A DNA stretch of 64,000 nt from an uncultured Rhodobacteraceae bacterium (GTDB lineage: Bacteria > Pseudomonadota > Alphaproteobacteria > Rhodobacterales > Rhodobacteraceae): contig CALDUK010000015.1 in NCBI GenBank assembly GCA_937924905.1, forward strand, positions 3,267 through 67,266, given 5' to 3'. A program made the translations under genes and the position numbers. This document shows, one piece after another, positions 28,407 to 37,973 of this stretch. The notes under the pieces were generated by a model, which saw only the letters and a program-made list of their open reading frames with translations, was not told the origin of the DNA and did no database searches. Numbering within the stretch: the first letter of the stretch is position 1; every line of letters begins with the position of its first letter.

Positions 28407-30191
28407 ATGGCTGACGCCGCCACTGAACACAGAGAGAAATCAAAAAACGTCCGGGCGTTGCGCGCGCTTTGGCCGTTTGTAGCACGATACCGTTTGATGG
28501 TTCTGGCGGCGATCCTGGCTTTGGTCTCCACCGCCGTTATTTCGCTGATCCTGCCGATTGCCGTACGCCGCGTCGTCGATGGATTCGACACTTCAGCGGT
28601 CGAGCTGTTGGATAGCTATTTTTCGGCTGCACTGATCATTGCCATGCTTTTGGCCGTGGGCACCGGGCTGCGGTACTATCTGGTGACGCGACTGGGTGAA
28701 CGGGTCGTGGCGGACATTCGAAAAGCCGTCTTCAACGGCATGATCGGGATGAGCCCTGCATTCTATGAAAAGGTCATGACCGGCGAAGTCCTGTCGCGCA
28801 TAACCACGGACACAACCGTCATTCTCAGCGTTATCGGTTCGTCTATTTCGGTCGCTGCGCGCAACGTGCTGATCCTGATAGGCGGCATGATCCTGCTTTT
28901 GTTCACGTCGCTGAAACTTGCAGCTCTTGTGCTGCTGTTGGTGCCGGTGATCATCATCCCAATTGTTGTGATGGGCCGGCGTTTGCGGGTGCTGTCGCGC
29001 GAAAATCAGGACTGGATTGCCAACTCGAGCGGCAATGCATCCGAAGCGCTTTTGTCGGTGCAGGCCGTACAGGCTTACACACACGAAGGCCCAAGCCGTG
29101 CGACATTCGGTGATGTGACCGAACAGGCGTTTCAATCCGCGAAAAAGCGGATTGGTCTGCGCGCCGTTATGACCGTCGTTGTTATTTCGCTTGTTTTCGT
29201 TGGAATTGTCGGGGTGCTTTGGATCGGCGCGCGTGATGTGCGTGCGGGCGATATGTCGGTGGGGGAATTGGTGCAATTCGTCATCTATGCCGTCATGGTC
29301 GCCGGTGCGGTCGGCGCCTTGTCCGAGATATGGGGCGAATTGCAACGCGCAGCAGGCGCGACAGAACGGCTGGTCGAACTGCTTGAGGCGGACGATACGG
29401 TTGAAGACCCGATAAACGCAGCACCAATTGCCCTGCCGGTCAAAGGCAGCGTCGCATTTGAAGATGTCGTCTTTCACTACCCCACGCGGCCAACACAAGC
29501 CGCGCTGGATCATGTGGCGTTTTGCGTCGAGCCGGGCGAAACGGTCGCACTTGTCGGCCCATCCGGGGCGGGAAAATCAACGGTCATTCAATTGCTTCTT
29601 CGCTTTTATGATCCCAAAAGCGGGCGTATCCGCATTGATGGTCACGACTTGACGGAACTGTCGCGCGCGGATTTCAGGCAGCACATCGCGCTTGTGCCGC
29701 AAGAACCGGTGATCTTCGCCACCTCAGCGCGCGAAAACATCCGCTTTGGCCGTCCCGTTGCCACGGATGCCGAGGTTGAGGCCGCCGCGTCCGCCGCCGC
29801 CGCGCATGAGTTTTTGTCCAAGTTGCCTGATGGATATGACACAGAAGTCGGCGAACGGGGTGTCATGTTGTCAGGCGGTCAGAAACAACGGATCGCCATT
29901 GCCCGCGCCATCCTGCGGGATGCGCCCATCCTTTTGCTGGACGAAGCCACCAGCGCGCTGGATGCCGAAAGCGAACGCGCCGTGCAGCAGGCGGTCGAAC
30001 GTCTGTCGGCTGGTCGCACAACACTTGTTGTCGCGCACCGTCTTGCAACAGTTAAACAGGCAGACCGTATCCTTGTCTTTGATGACGGTAAGATCGTCGC
30101 AACCGGCACTCACGACAGTCTTGTGGCCGATGGCGGACTTTATGCGCGGCTCGCCCGCTTGCAATTTACCGAAGGCTTGGCCGCAGAGTAA
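28407..30191 (+). CDS. Fused permease/ATP-binding ABC exporter (MsbA-related)
   Basis: 6-TM domain followed by [33 protein letters not shown]. Confidence 0.93.
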   Translation: MADAATEHREKSKNVRALRALWPFVARYRLMVLAAILALVSTAVISLILPIAVRRVVDGFDTSAVELLDSYFSAALIIAMLLAVGTGLRYYLVTRLGERVVADIRKAVFNGMIGMSPAFYEKVMTGEVLSRITTDTTVILSVIGSSISVAARNVLILIGGMILLLFTSLKLAALVLLLVPVIIIPIVVMGRRLRVLSRENQDWIANSSGNASEALLSVQAVQAYTHEGPSRATFGDVTEQAFQSAKKRIGLRAVMTVVVISLVFVGIVGVLWIGARDVRAGDMSVGELVQFVIYAVMVAGAVGALSEIWGELQRAAGATERLVELLEADDTVEDPINAAPIALPVKGSVAFEDVVFHYPTRPTQAALDHVAFCVEPGETVALVGPSGAGKSTVIQLLLRFYDPKSGRIRIDGHDLTELSRADFRQHIALVPQEPVIFATSARENIRFGRPVATDAEVEAAASAAAAHEFLSKLPDGYDTEVGERGVMLSGGQKQRIAIARAILRDAPILLLDEATSALDAESERAVQQAVERLSAGRTTLVVAHRLATVKQADRILVFDDGKIVATGTHDSLVADGGLYARLARLQFTEGLAAE

Positions 30192-30280
30192 CGCTGCGTC
30201 TTCAATTTCGGCGCACTATTGCCCGAGCGGGGTGAATGGCGCACAAATTGAAGTGGGAGACATGGAAGAGGAGTTTCGGC

Positions 30281-32170
30281 ATGGATTTGTCATCGCGCGC
30301 AGCACGGGACGCTATCGAACAACAAATGCCCTGGGATCAGCGTGATTTGCCGCCGACCGTTTATCAGGCGCTGCAAGCGACTGCGACCAAGCATGGTGCC
30401 CGCCCGGCCGTAAGCTTTCAACTGTTGTCCGGCGTCAAAGACCCGGCTGAAACACTGAACTGGGCCGAGATGCGCGCCAAGACAGCGCAGGCTGCGAACC
30501 TGTTCCGCAGCCTTGGCATTGGGGAAAACGACGTTGTCGCGTACCTGTTGCCGAACGCGAATGAAACGGTTCTGACTTTGCTGGGCGGCATGACTGCCGG
30601 CATCGTCAATCCGATCAACCCGCTTCTTGAAGTCGATCAGATCGCGGCCATTCTGCGCGAAACGAACGCCAAAGTGCTGGTAACCCTCAAAGCCTTCCCC
30701 AAAACCGATGTGCCGCAGAAAGCGGCCGAAGCCGTGGCACTTGCGCCGAACGTCAAGACGGTGCTCGAAGTTGATCTTTTGCGCTATCTGTCGCCCCCAA
30801 AGTCCTGGATCGTACCGCTGGTGCGTCCAAAAAACCCGGTAACACACAATGCAACGGTCAAAAGCCTTGTGGCCGAGATGGCCAAGCAACCGACCGAACT
30901 GACCTTCGAAGAGCCGGCCAATGACCGCGTCGGCGCCTATTTCCACACAGGTGGCACCACTGGCATGCCAAAGGTGGCTCAGCACAAACATTCGGGCATG
31001 GTCTACAATGGCTGGCTTGGAGCATCGCTTTTATTTGAGCCTGACAGCGTATCAATGTGCCCGCTGCCCTTGTTCCATGTGTTTGCGGTCCAGGTCATTC
31101 TGATGGCCAAGATCCAATCAGGCGCGCATGTCGTTTTCCCGACCCCTGCAGGATACCGGGGCGATGGTGTGTTCGACAATTTCTGGAAATTGCTCGAACG
31201 CTGGAAAGTCACATTCATTATCGGTGTGCCAACCGCGTTCTCGGCGCTGATGCAACGCCCGGTCGATGCCGATATCTCGACGGTGAAAACAGCTTTTTGT
31301 GGGTCATCTCCTCTGCCGGTGGAACTATACAAGCGCTTTGAAGAAGCCTGCGGCGTCGAAGTGATCGAAGGCTATGGGCTTACAGAAGCCACCTGTCTGG
31401 TGTCCATCAATCCGATTGGGGGCGTGAAGAAGATTGGATCGATCGGTATTCCGTTCCCCTATACGGATGTGAAAATACTGATGGGCACGGCCGATGGCGT
31501 GCGCGAATGTGCTACCGACGAGATTGGTGAAATCTGTGTCTCCAGCCCGGGCGTTTTTGCGGGGCATACTTACACACAAGATGAAAAGAATGCTGATTTG
31601 TTCCACCATGACCGCTTTCTCCGAACGGGTGATTTGGGTCGTTTGGACGAAGACGGTTATCTGTGGATCACCGGTCGGGCTAAGGATCTGATCATTCGGG
31701 GCGGGCACAATATTGACCCCGCTGAAATCGAAGAAGCGCTGGCCGGACACCCCGCCGTCGCGATGGCAGGCGCCATTGGTCAACCCGATGCCCATTCCGG
31801 TGAGCTGCCATGCGCCTATGTTGAACTGGTCGCAGGTGCGACGGTGACCGAACAGGAACTGATGGATTACGCGTCTGAGCATATCCACGAACGGGCTGCA
31901 TTCCCCAAATATATTGAGATCATTGAAGAACTTCCGAAAACCGCCGTCGGCAAAGTGTTCAAGCCAGACCTGCGCCGCAGCGCGATCACGCGCATCTACA
32001 ACGCTGCATTGGCTGAAAAAGGTCTGGATGCGCGGGTTGTGAATGTCGTTGAAGACAAGAAACGCGGTCTTGTGGCGCATCTTAGCGGCCGGTCCAGCAC
32101 TGACGACGCTGCTGTGACAGATACGCTTGGTGGCTTCACGCGGCCGTGGTCATGGGCGGAAAATAGCTAA
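30281..32170 (+). CDS. Acyl-CoA synthetase (AMP-forming)
   Basis: YFHTGGTTGMPK, EGYGLTE, LRTGDLG, GRAKDLIIRGG, LPKTAVGK. Confidence 0.93.
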   Translation: MDLSSRAARDAIEQQMPWDQRDLPPTVYQALQATATKHGARPAVSFQLLSGVKDPAETLNWAEMRAKTAQAANLFRSLGIGENDVVAYLLPNANETVLTLLGGMTAGIVNPINPLLEVDQIAAILRETNAKVLVTLKAFPKTDVPQKAAEAVALAPNVKTVLEVDLLRYLSPPKSWIVPLVRPKNPVTHNATVKSLVAEMAKQPTELTFEEPANDRVGAYFHTGGTTGMPKVAQHKHSGMVYNGWLGASLLFEPDSVSMCPLPLFHVFAVQVILMAKIQSGAHVVFPTPAGYRGDGVFDNFWKLLERWKVTFIIGVPTAFSALMQRPVDADISTVKTAFCGSSPLPVELYKRFEEACGVEVIEGYGLTEATCLVSINPIGGVKKIGSIGIPFPYTDVKILMGTADGVRECATDEIGEICVSSPGVFAGHTYTQDEKNADLFHHDRFLRTGDLGRLDEDGYLWITGRAKDLIIRGGHNIDPAEIEEALAGHPAVAMAGAIGQPDAHSGELPCAYVELVAGATVTEQELMDYASEHIHERAAFPKYIEIIEELPKTAVGKVFKPDLRRSAITRIYNAALAEKGLDARVVNVVEDKKRGLVAHLSGRSSTDDAAVTDTLGGFTRPWSWAENS

Positions 32171-32222
32171 AATCTTACAAATATGTCCGCTCAGCGCCAC
32201 ATTTCACGAGAAATCTGCCGCA

Positions 32223-32238
32223 TTACCGCCTTGTTAAC
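32223..32238 (+). promoter_or_regulatory. CtrA-like box (TTAC-N7-TTAAC)
   Basis: One mismatch to TTAA-N7-TTAAC, 40 nt upstream of the small ORF at 32279. Confidence 0.4.
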
Positions 32239-32278
32239 CTCTCAAGCTTAATCTCATCGGCAATGAGAGAGGTTTGAT

Positions 32279-32464
32279 ATGGCCTATATGTTGATTGGAA
32301 TTGTAACGGCGGTCTATATGGCGCTCACGACATTTATGTCGACGGGCTCTATCCTTTTGTCTTTCGCCATTTATTCCCTTACCGGCACTCTGGTTCTTTG
32401 CAATGCGGTTGCTTCAGAAGCCTTGTTTGGACGGGATTCGGACGACGTTCGCCGTTTGGATTAA
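32279..32464 (+). CDS. Small hypothetical membrane protein (61 aa, two hydrophobic helices)
   Basis: GAGAGG RBS, fills an otherwise empty gap, hydrophobic body with a charged tail. Confidence 0.65.
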   Translation: MAYMLIGIVTAVYMALTTFMSTGSILLSFAIYSLTGTLVLCNAVASEALFGRDSDDVRRLD

Positions 32465-32554
32465 GACTGTGACCAAAGCTGGGTCAATTTCAGTGAAAAC
32501 TTGAGATCTCTCTCGTTTTCTGTCCAGTCCCATTATTCTAAAGCGAAATAACGG

Positions 32555-33193
32555 CTAAGGCGTCCATTTCAAAAAGTTCGCAATCAGCCGCAGACCCGCC
32601 GACTGACTTTTTTCAGGGTGAAACTGCGTCCCGATCATCGTTCCGCGTCCAACAATCGCGGTGATTTCCCCACCATATTCGCAAAATGCCAAGCGCTGAC
32701 CCGGCTGGGCGACGTCCATTTGATACGAATGGACAAAATAGGCATGGTCACCTGTGTCCAACCCAGCAAGCACTGGGTGGTGGGTCTCGATCACCAAATC
32801 GTTCCAGCCCATATGCGGGATCTTAAGTGACCTGTCGCATGGTTCGATTCTCTGAACCTCGCCATCAATCCAGCCCAGCCCCGCAACTGTTTCGTACTCA
32901 TGGCCGGAACGCGCCATCAATTGCATGCCAACGCAAATACCCAGGAACGGCTTGCCCTTTTTTTCGACGCTCTCAATCAAGGCGTCAAACAAAGCGGCGT
33001 CTTCCGTCAAAGCGCTTTTGCACGCCGGGAACGCCCCGTCTCCCGGCAGAACAATCCGGTCTGCGCGCGCAACATCTTCGGCGCGCGACGTGACCATCAC
33101 GTCGCCAGCGTCGGTCTCGCGCGCCATGCGTTGAAACGCCTTTTCAGCTGAATGCAGGTTTCCCGCGCCATAGTCGATCAAGACGGTTAGCAC
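32555..33193 (-). CDS. hisH: Imidazole glycerol phosphate synthase glutamine amidotransferase subunit
   Basis: IDYGAGNLHS, LGICVGMQL, IPHMGWN, YFVHSY, QFHPEKS; GTG start 33193. Confidence 0.96.
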   Translation of the reverse strand: MLTVLIDYGAGNLHSAEKAFQRMARETDAGDVMVTSRAEDVARADRIVLPGDGAFPACKSALTEDAALFDALIESVEKKGKPFLGICVGMQLMARSGHEYETVAGLGWIDGEVQRIEPCDRSLKIPHMGWNDLVIETHHPVLAGLDTGDHAYFVHSYQMDVAQPGQRLAFCEYGGEITAIVGRGTMIGTQFHPEKSQSAGLRLIANFLKWTP

Positions 33194-33194
33194 G

Positions 33195-33782
33195 TCACAG
33201 GGCGCCTTTGGTTGACGGAATGTCCTCGGCTTTTCGCAGGTCTGTCTCAACGGCATTTCGCAGCGCGCGGGCTACCGATTTAAAAGCTGCCTCGGCAATG
33301 TGGTGGCTGTTCAGCCCATGCAGCGCGTCAACATGCAGGGTGATTTGGCCGTGCGTCGAAAACGCCTAAAAAAACTCGCGCACAAGCTCTGCGTCGAACG
33401 CGCCAATCTTAGCGTTTGGAAAATCGACATTCCAGACCAAGAAAGGCCGGCCCGAAAGATCCAGAGCACTGCGCACCAACGCGTCATCCATCGGCAAAAG
33501 ACACGCGCCATAGCGCCGGATACCGCGCTTGTCGCCCAAAGCATCGGTCAAAGCCTGACCCAATGCGATGCCGGTGTCTTCGACCGTGTGGTGGTCGTCA
33601 ATGTGCAGGTCACCGGTCGCCCGGATCGTCATGTCAATCAGCGAGTGGCGCGCAAGCTGGTCAAGCATGTGATCAAAGAACCCAACACCTGTTTCGTTGT
33701 CATAGGCTCCGGTCCCATCAAGGTTGATCTCGACCGAAATATTTGTTTCGGCTGTTTTCCGCGTGATTGTGGTCTTGCGCAT
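33195..33782 (-). pseudogene. hisB: Imidazoleglycerol-phosphate dehydratase with an in-frame TAG at codon 139 (pseudogene or base-call error)
   Basis: [24 protein letters not shown]...[11 protein letters not shown]...PSTKGAL-TGA all in one frame; 195 codons. Confidence 0.85.
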
Positions 33783-33940
33783 AGGTCCACTCCTTCGCGG
33801 CGGCTTATAGGAACTGCGTGTGCGAACGGGAAGTCAAAAGAACTCGGGTGCGGAAAACACTGCAAAATATGCGCCATTTTTCCCCCTTATGGTACTGCCC
33901 GCGGCGATTATCTATGTAAGGGTGACTGAAAGGGGCCGCA

Positions 33941-35356
33941 GTGATCATAGGTGATATTGCAGACGGTTTGACGCGAGGCGTTGAAACCACGGTCAAAACC
34001 GTAAGCGGTGTATTTTTTGAACCCGTCGTGAGGTTGGGCGTGACTGGCTTGTCCCGCGCAGGCAAGACGGTGTTCATCACGTCGCTGGTGGCCAATCTGA
34101 TCAACCGGGGTCGCATGCCGGGTTTGCGCGCCGCTGCCGAAGGCCGGATTGATGCAGTGTGGCTGCAACCACAACCCGACGACACGGTGCCGCGCTTTGA
34201 CTTTGAGGCGCATCTTGATGCAATGACCGGAACGTCTCTGATTTGGCCAGAAAGTACGAAAGGTATCAGTGAGTTACGGCTGTCTTTTCGTGTGCGTCCC
34301 AGCGGGTTATTGTCCGGTCTGACCGGCCCGCAAACCATCCATCTTGATATCGTCGACTACCCGGGCGAATGGCTGCTTGATCTTAGTCTTCTGGAAACCG
34401 ACTTTCGCGGCTGGTCGGACGCGGTTTTCAAACGCTTTGGTGACCGGCAGGAAATGAAAGGTTATCAAAACCTTTTGGCTGCGACCGACCCTGCCGCCAG
34501 CCTTGAAGAACCACAGGCAAAAGCACTGGCGGCGGCCTATACCGAGGCGTTAAACGCGCTTCGGAACGCAGGACTGTCGGATTGCACGCCGGGCCGATTT
34601 CTACTGCCGGGGGATCTGAAAGGCTCGCCCGTGCTGACATTCGCGCCTTTGCCGCCCGGCAGCGCGCCGCGCCGGTCGCTTGCGCGCGAGTTTGAGCGCC
34701 GCTTCGAAGCCTATAAGCGTGAAGTCGTGAAACCTTTCTTCCGTGAACATTTCGCACGCATCGACCGCCAAGTGGTTTTGGTCGATATGCTGGGTGCTAT
34801 CCATGCGGGCCCGCAAGCGGTCGAAGATATGCGCCAGGCCATGGCGGGCATTCTGTCGGCCTTCCGCCCCGGCCGAAACGCGTTTCTCAGCCAGATCTTT
34901 TTGGGCAAGCGCGTTGAAAAGATCCTGTTCGCGGCCACCAAAGCCGATCACCTGCACCAAACCCAGCACGGCGCTTTGACGGCTATAGCCGAAGCGATGT
35001 TGCAACAGGCGCGCGCGCGCGCTGATTTTGCAGGTGCTGAAACCTCGGCCATGTCTCTGGCGGCGCTGCGGACCACAACTGAAGATACGGTTTCGAAAGA
35101 CGGGCGCGAATTGAATGTCGTCAAAGGACGGTTGCTATCTTCGGGCAAGCCGGTGGCAATGTACCCCGGCCAACTGCCAAATGATCCGTCAAAGCTGCTG
35201 GAGCCTGCCCGAAATGGGGCAGACCAGTGGTTAGATGCCGATTACAGTATCATGTCGTTCGCTCCTCAGGATGTCAGCCTGAAACCCGGGGACGGCCCGC
35301 CGCATATCCGGCTGGACCGCGCGGCCGAGTTTCTGATCGGGGATCGTCTGAGGTAA
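33941..35356 (+). CDS. ycjX: YcjX-family P-loop NTPase
   Basis: RLGVTGLSRAGKTVFITSL, DIVDYPGEWLLD, FAATKADH, PHIRLDRAAEFLIGD. Confidence 0.92.
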   Translation: MIIGDIADGLTRGVETTVKTVSGVFFEPVVRLGVTGLSRAGKTVFITSLVANLINRGRMPGLRAAAEGRIDAVWLQPQPDDTVPRFDFEAHLDAMTGTSLIWPESTKGISELRLSFRVRPSGLLSGLTGPQTIHLDIVDYPGEWLLDLSLLETDFRGWSDAVFKRFGDRQEMKGYQNLLAATDPAASLEEPQAKALAAAYTEALNALRNAGLSDCTPGRFLLPGDLKGSPVLTFAPLPPGSAPRRSLAREFERRFEAYKREVVKPFFREHFARIDRQVVLVDMLGAIHAGPQAVEDMRQAMAGILSAFRPGRNAFLSQIFLGKRVEKILFAATKADHLHQTQHGALTAIAEAMLQQARARADFAGAETSAMSLAALRTTTEDTVSKDGRELNVVKGRLLSSGKPVAMYPGQLPNDPSKLLEPARNGADQWLDADYSIMSFAPQDVSLKPGDGPPHIRLDRAAEFLIGDRLR

Positions 35357-35360
35357 GCCC

Positions 35361-36371
35361 ATGACAAATCACAGTAAAGACGCCCCGCTCATTATCGATA
35401 TCGATGACACAGGGCCACGGCCAAGCCCGGCAGACGCCCCCCCTGTGGCCGAGGTGACGGATTTGCCCACTGGGCAGGCGATGCAAAGCATGGCCACATT
35501 GGCCGCCCGCCGAGGGTCTGTGCTTGGGCGTTGGTTCTGGCGTCTTTTGCTGGCGCTGGTTGTATTTGTCTCGGGCTTGTTTTTCTGGGATTTCGTAACC
35601 GGCCTTGTCGCGCGCAATCCGGTGCTTGGCTATGCAGTCACCCTGTTGTTGGCGGCGTTCGTGCTGGTCTGTCTGGCGCTTGTCATCCGCGAGCTTGCGG
35701 CTCTGGCCCGGCTGAAAAGGGTCGATGGATTTCAAATCCGCGCCGCCGCGATCAGCGATGCGAACAATATCGATCAAGCACGCAGTTTCGCCAAAGACCT
35801 GCAACGGTTTTACAAGGGCCGCGCTGATCTTTCCTGGGGGCAGGGCAAACTGACCGATGCGCTGACCAACAGTTTCGACGTGGATACAGTTCTGACATCG
35901 CTGGAAGATACGCTTTTGTTGCCACTGGATACGCAGGCCCAGCGCGAAGTTGAAGCCGCCGCCCGGCAGGTCGCGACGGTCACAGCGCTGGTCCCGCTTG
36001 CTTTTGCTGATGTGATAGCCGCCCTGACCGCGAATGTTCGGATGATCCGGCGCATTGCCGAGGTGTACGGCGGACGCGCAGGCACGCTGGGCAGTTGGCG
36101 TTTGACGCGCGCGGTCATCACCCATCTTGTCGCCACCGGTGCAGTTGCGGTCGGGGATGATTTGTTGGGGTCGCTGGGCGGCGGCACGTTGCTTAGCAAG
36201 ATATCACGGCGGTTCGGTGAAGGTCTGGTCAACGGCGCGTTAACGGCGCGTGTCGGCATCGCCGCGATGGAGGTTTGTCGACCCATGGCATTCAGCGCCA
36301 CGAAACGTCCAAGTGTGACGGGCATTGTGCGCCGCGCATTGACGGGATTGTTCGACAAGAAAGAAATTTAG
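35361..36371 (+). CDS. ycjF: YcjF-family membrane protein
   Basis: Follows ycjX; two TMs, IRRIAEVYG, GEGLVNGALTARVGIAAMEVCRP. Confidence 0.9.
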   Translation: MTNHSKDAPLIIDIDDTGPRPSPADAPPVAEVTDLPTGQAMQSMATLAARRGSVLGRWFWRLLLALVVFVSGLFFWDFVTGLVARNPVLGYAVTLLLAAFVLVCLALVIRELAALARLKRVDGFQIRAAAISDANNIDQARSFAKDLQRFYKGRADLSWGQGKLTDALTNSFDVDTVLTSLEDTLLLPLDTQAQREVEAAARQVATVTALVPLAFADVIAALTANVRMIRRIAEVYGGRAGTLGSWRLTRAVITHLVATGAVAVGDDLLGSLGGGTLLSKISRRFGEGLVNGALTARVGIAAMEVCRPMAFSATKRPSVTGIVRRALTGLFDKKEI

Positions 36372-36434
36372 CCGACCGGTGGAACAAACCAACCGAGCGC
36401 CGCGTTTACTAATAAAGAACGTGGAGGCCTCGCA

Positions 36435-37193
36435 ATGACAGAACAGTTTGCCCACCCGCATCACTTCCAGAAAGACCGACCAGCCGAGCTTTTGGGAAAC
36501 AGTATGCCGGGGCTGACCGATCAAGATTGGCTGTTGCTTGGCGGGCTGCGCAGCGTCCATCGGTTTGTGGGCCGCGGGCGGCATCTTTTGAACGAAAACG
36601 AAGATGTCACAATGCTGAAGGTGATCTGTAAAGGATGGGCGGTTCGATGTTCGGCCATCGACAAGGATCGTCGTCAAATCCTGGATTTTCTGCTGCCGGG
36701 CGACGTTGTCGGACTGAACGTCGACGGGCGCGGACAGGCACTTAGCGATGTGATCGCGCTGACGCCCTGCGAAGTGGCCGAGGTGGACCAAACCGCGCTG
36801 CATCGCCTGTCGTCTCAATCTTCCGGCATCACCGATGGCATCCAGTACCTTTTGAAACGTAACATCGCGCGCACCTGTGATCAGGCCGTCCGGTTGGGCC
36901 GCATGACGGCTTATGAACGGGTTGTCAGTCTGTTCCTTGATATCTTTTTCCGCCAGCACAGCACGATGTCCGAAGGGACGGTGGATTTCCCAATCACGCA
37001 GACGGTGGCGGCCGATGCGCTTGGGCTTAGCGTTGTGCATGTGAACAGACAGGTGATGCGATTGCGCCGCGAAGGCGAGGTGGCGCTTACCCGTCGCCAG
37101 CTCACCTTGTTTGACCCGGTCCGCCTATCCGAAACTGTTGGGTATCGGGACCGGGGCTTCAACAACCTGCCATCGGCGATTGCAGCCGAATAG
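36435..37193 (+). CDS. Crp/Fnr-family transcriptional regulator
   Basis: RQILDFLLPGDVVG, LGRMTAYERV, HTH ITQTVAADALGLSVVHVNR; GGAGG RBS. Confidence 0.92.
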   Translation: MTEQFAHPHHFQKDRPAELLGNSMPGLTDQDWLLLGGLRSVHRFVGRGRHLLNENEDVTMLKVICKGWAVRCSAIDKDRRQILDFLLPGDVVGLNVDGRGQALSDVIALTPCEVAEVDQTALHRLSSQSSGITDGIQYLLKRNIARTCDQAVRLGRMTAYERVVSLFLDIFFRQHSTMSEGTVDFPITQTVAADALGLSVVHVNRQVMRLRREGEVALTRRQLTLFDPVRLSETVGYRDRGFNNLPSAIAAE

Positions 37194-37206
37194 ACCAAGC
37201 GCGGGT

Positions 37207-37866
37207 TCAGTCGTTTGAAACGACCAGCCGCAAATGGCCACGGTTGGGGTTGCGGTTCGTGTTGGGCGCGTGCGTATCCAGCCCTGCTTGCTGAACGGCC
37301 ACGGGTGCTGCGCCTGCAAAGCCGGTAAGCGACCGGCGCGTTTGGGAAAGAATATCGATCCGGCGCGGCTGCCGTCCGATTTTGCCTTCCAGAACGATGC
37401 CGCCAAGAACACGGTCGACATCCCCCAGATCACTGCGCAAGGGCAAAAGGATCAGCTCACCATGCAACTGGCCGCGTCCGATCCCGGACGGCGATGCTAT
37501 ATCCATCCGAACCACAGAGGGTTCATCAAACACAGCCGTCAAAGCATCAGACAACAGCTCGCGCGAGCCGGGCAAGACAAGCGCCGACAAGGGCATTTGA
37601 CGCAGTTCCAGCCCGCTCAGCTCGGACAGATGCGACCCAGCAATCCGGAAACGCGCCAAACCGCCTGCAATCCGCTCTAGGATAAACGCGTGCCCCAAAA
37701 GCCCTTCCATACCGCGCGGGTCAATCTCGCACCGCGACGGCACCAAACGGTTGCCGCGTACCGTGTTCCAATAGTGTTCAATCCTGTCGATTTGCTGCGC
37801 CCGCGCAGGGCGTCCCTGCATCGAGATGATGTTGCCATCCTTGAAAGTGTCACCACCCGTACTCAT
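37207..37866 (-). CDS. PAS_5 (DUF1457)-type PAS-domain protein
   Basis: YWNTVRGNRLVPSRCEIDP, AFILER, ARFRIAGSHL, LILLPLRSD.G; start uncertain. Confidence 0.8.
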   Translation of the reverse strand: MSTGGDTFKDGNIISMQGRPARAQQIDRIEHYWNTVRGNRLVPSRCEIDPRGMEGLLGHAFILERIAGGLARFRIAGSHLSELSGLELRQMPLSALVLPGSRELLSDALTAVFDEPSVVRMDIASPSGIGRGQLHGELILLPLRSDLGDVDRVLGGIVLEGKIGRQPRRIDILSQTRRSLTGFAGAAPVAVQQAGLDTHAPNTNRNPNRGHLRLVVSND

Positions 37867-37955
37867 ACAATCCACCGTTTCGACCCTTTGGCCGCCTCTC
37901 ACTTTCCCCACGAACCAATTTCTGCCACAAAATGGGCGCAATTGCTTTCAGAAAC

Positions 37956-37971
37956 TGAATTGAAGGTTAAC
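37956..37971. promoter_or_regulatory. CtrA-like box (TGAA-N7-TTAAC)
   Basis: One mismatch to consensus, in the divergent PAS gene/yicC promoter region. Confidence 0.4.
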
Positions 37972-37973
37972 GA

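Noticed and set aside
33860..33890. RpoH-type promoter for ycjXF
   Set aside because: The -10-like CCCCCTTAT is present but there is no convincing -35 at the right distance.
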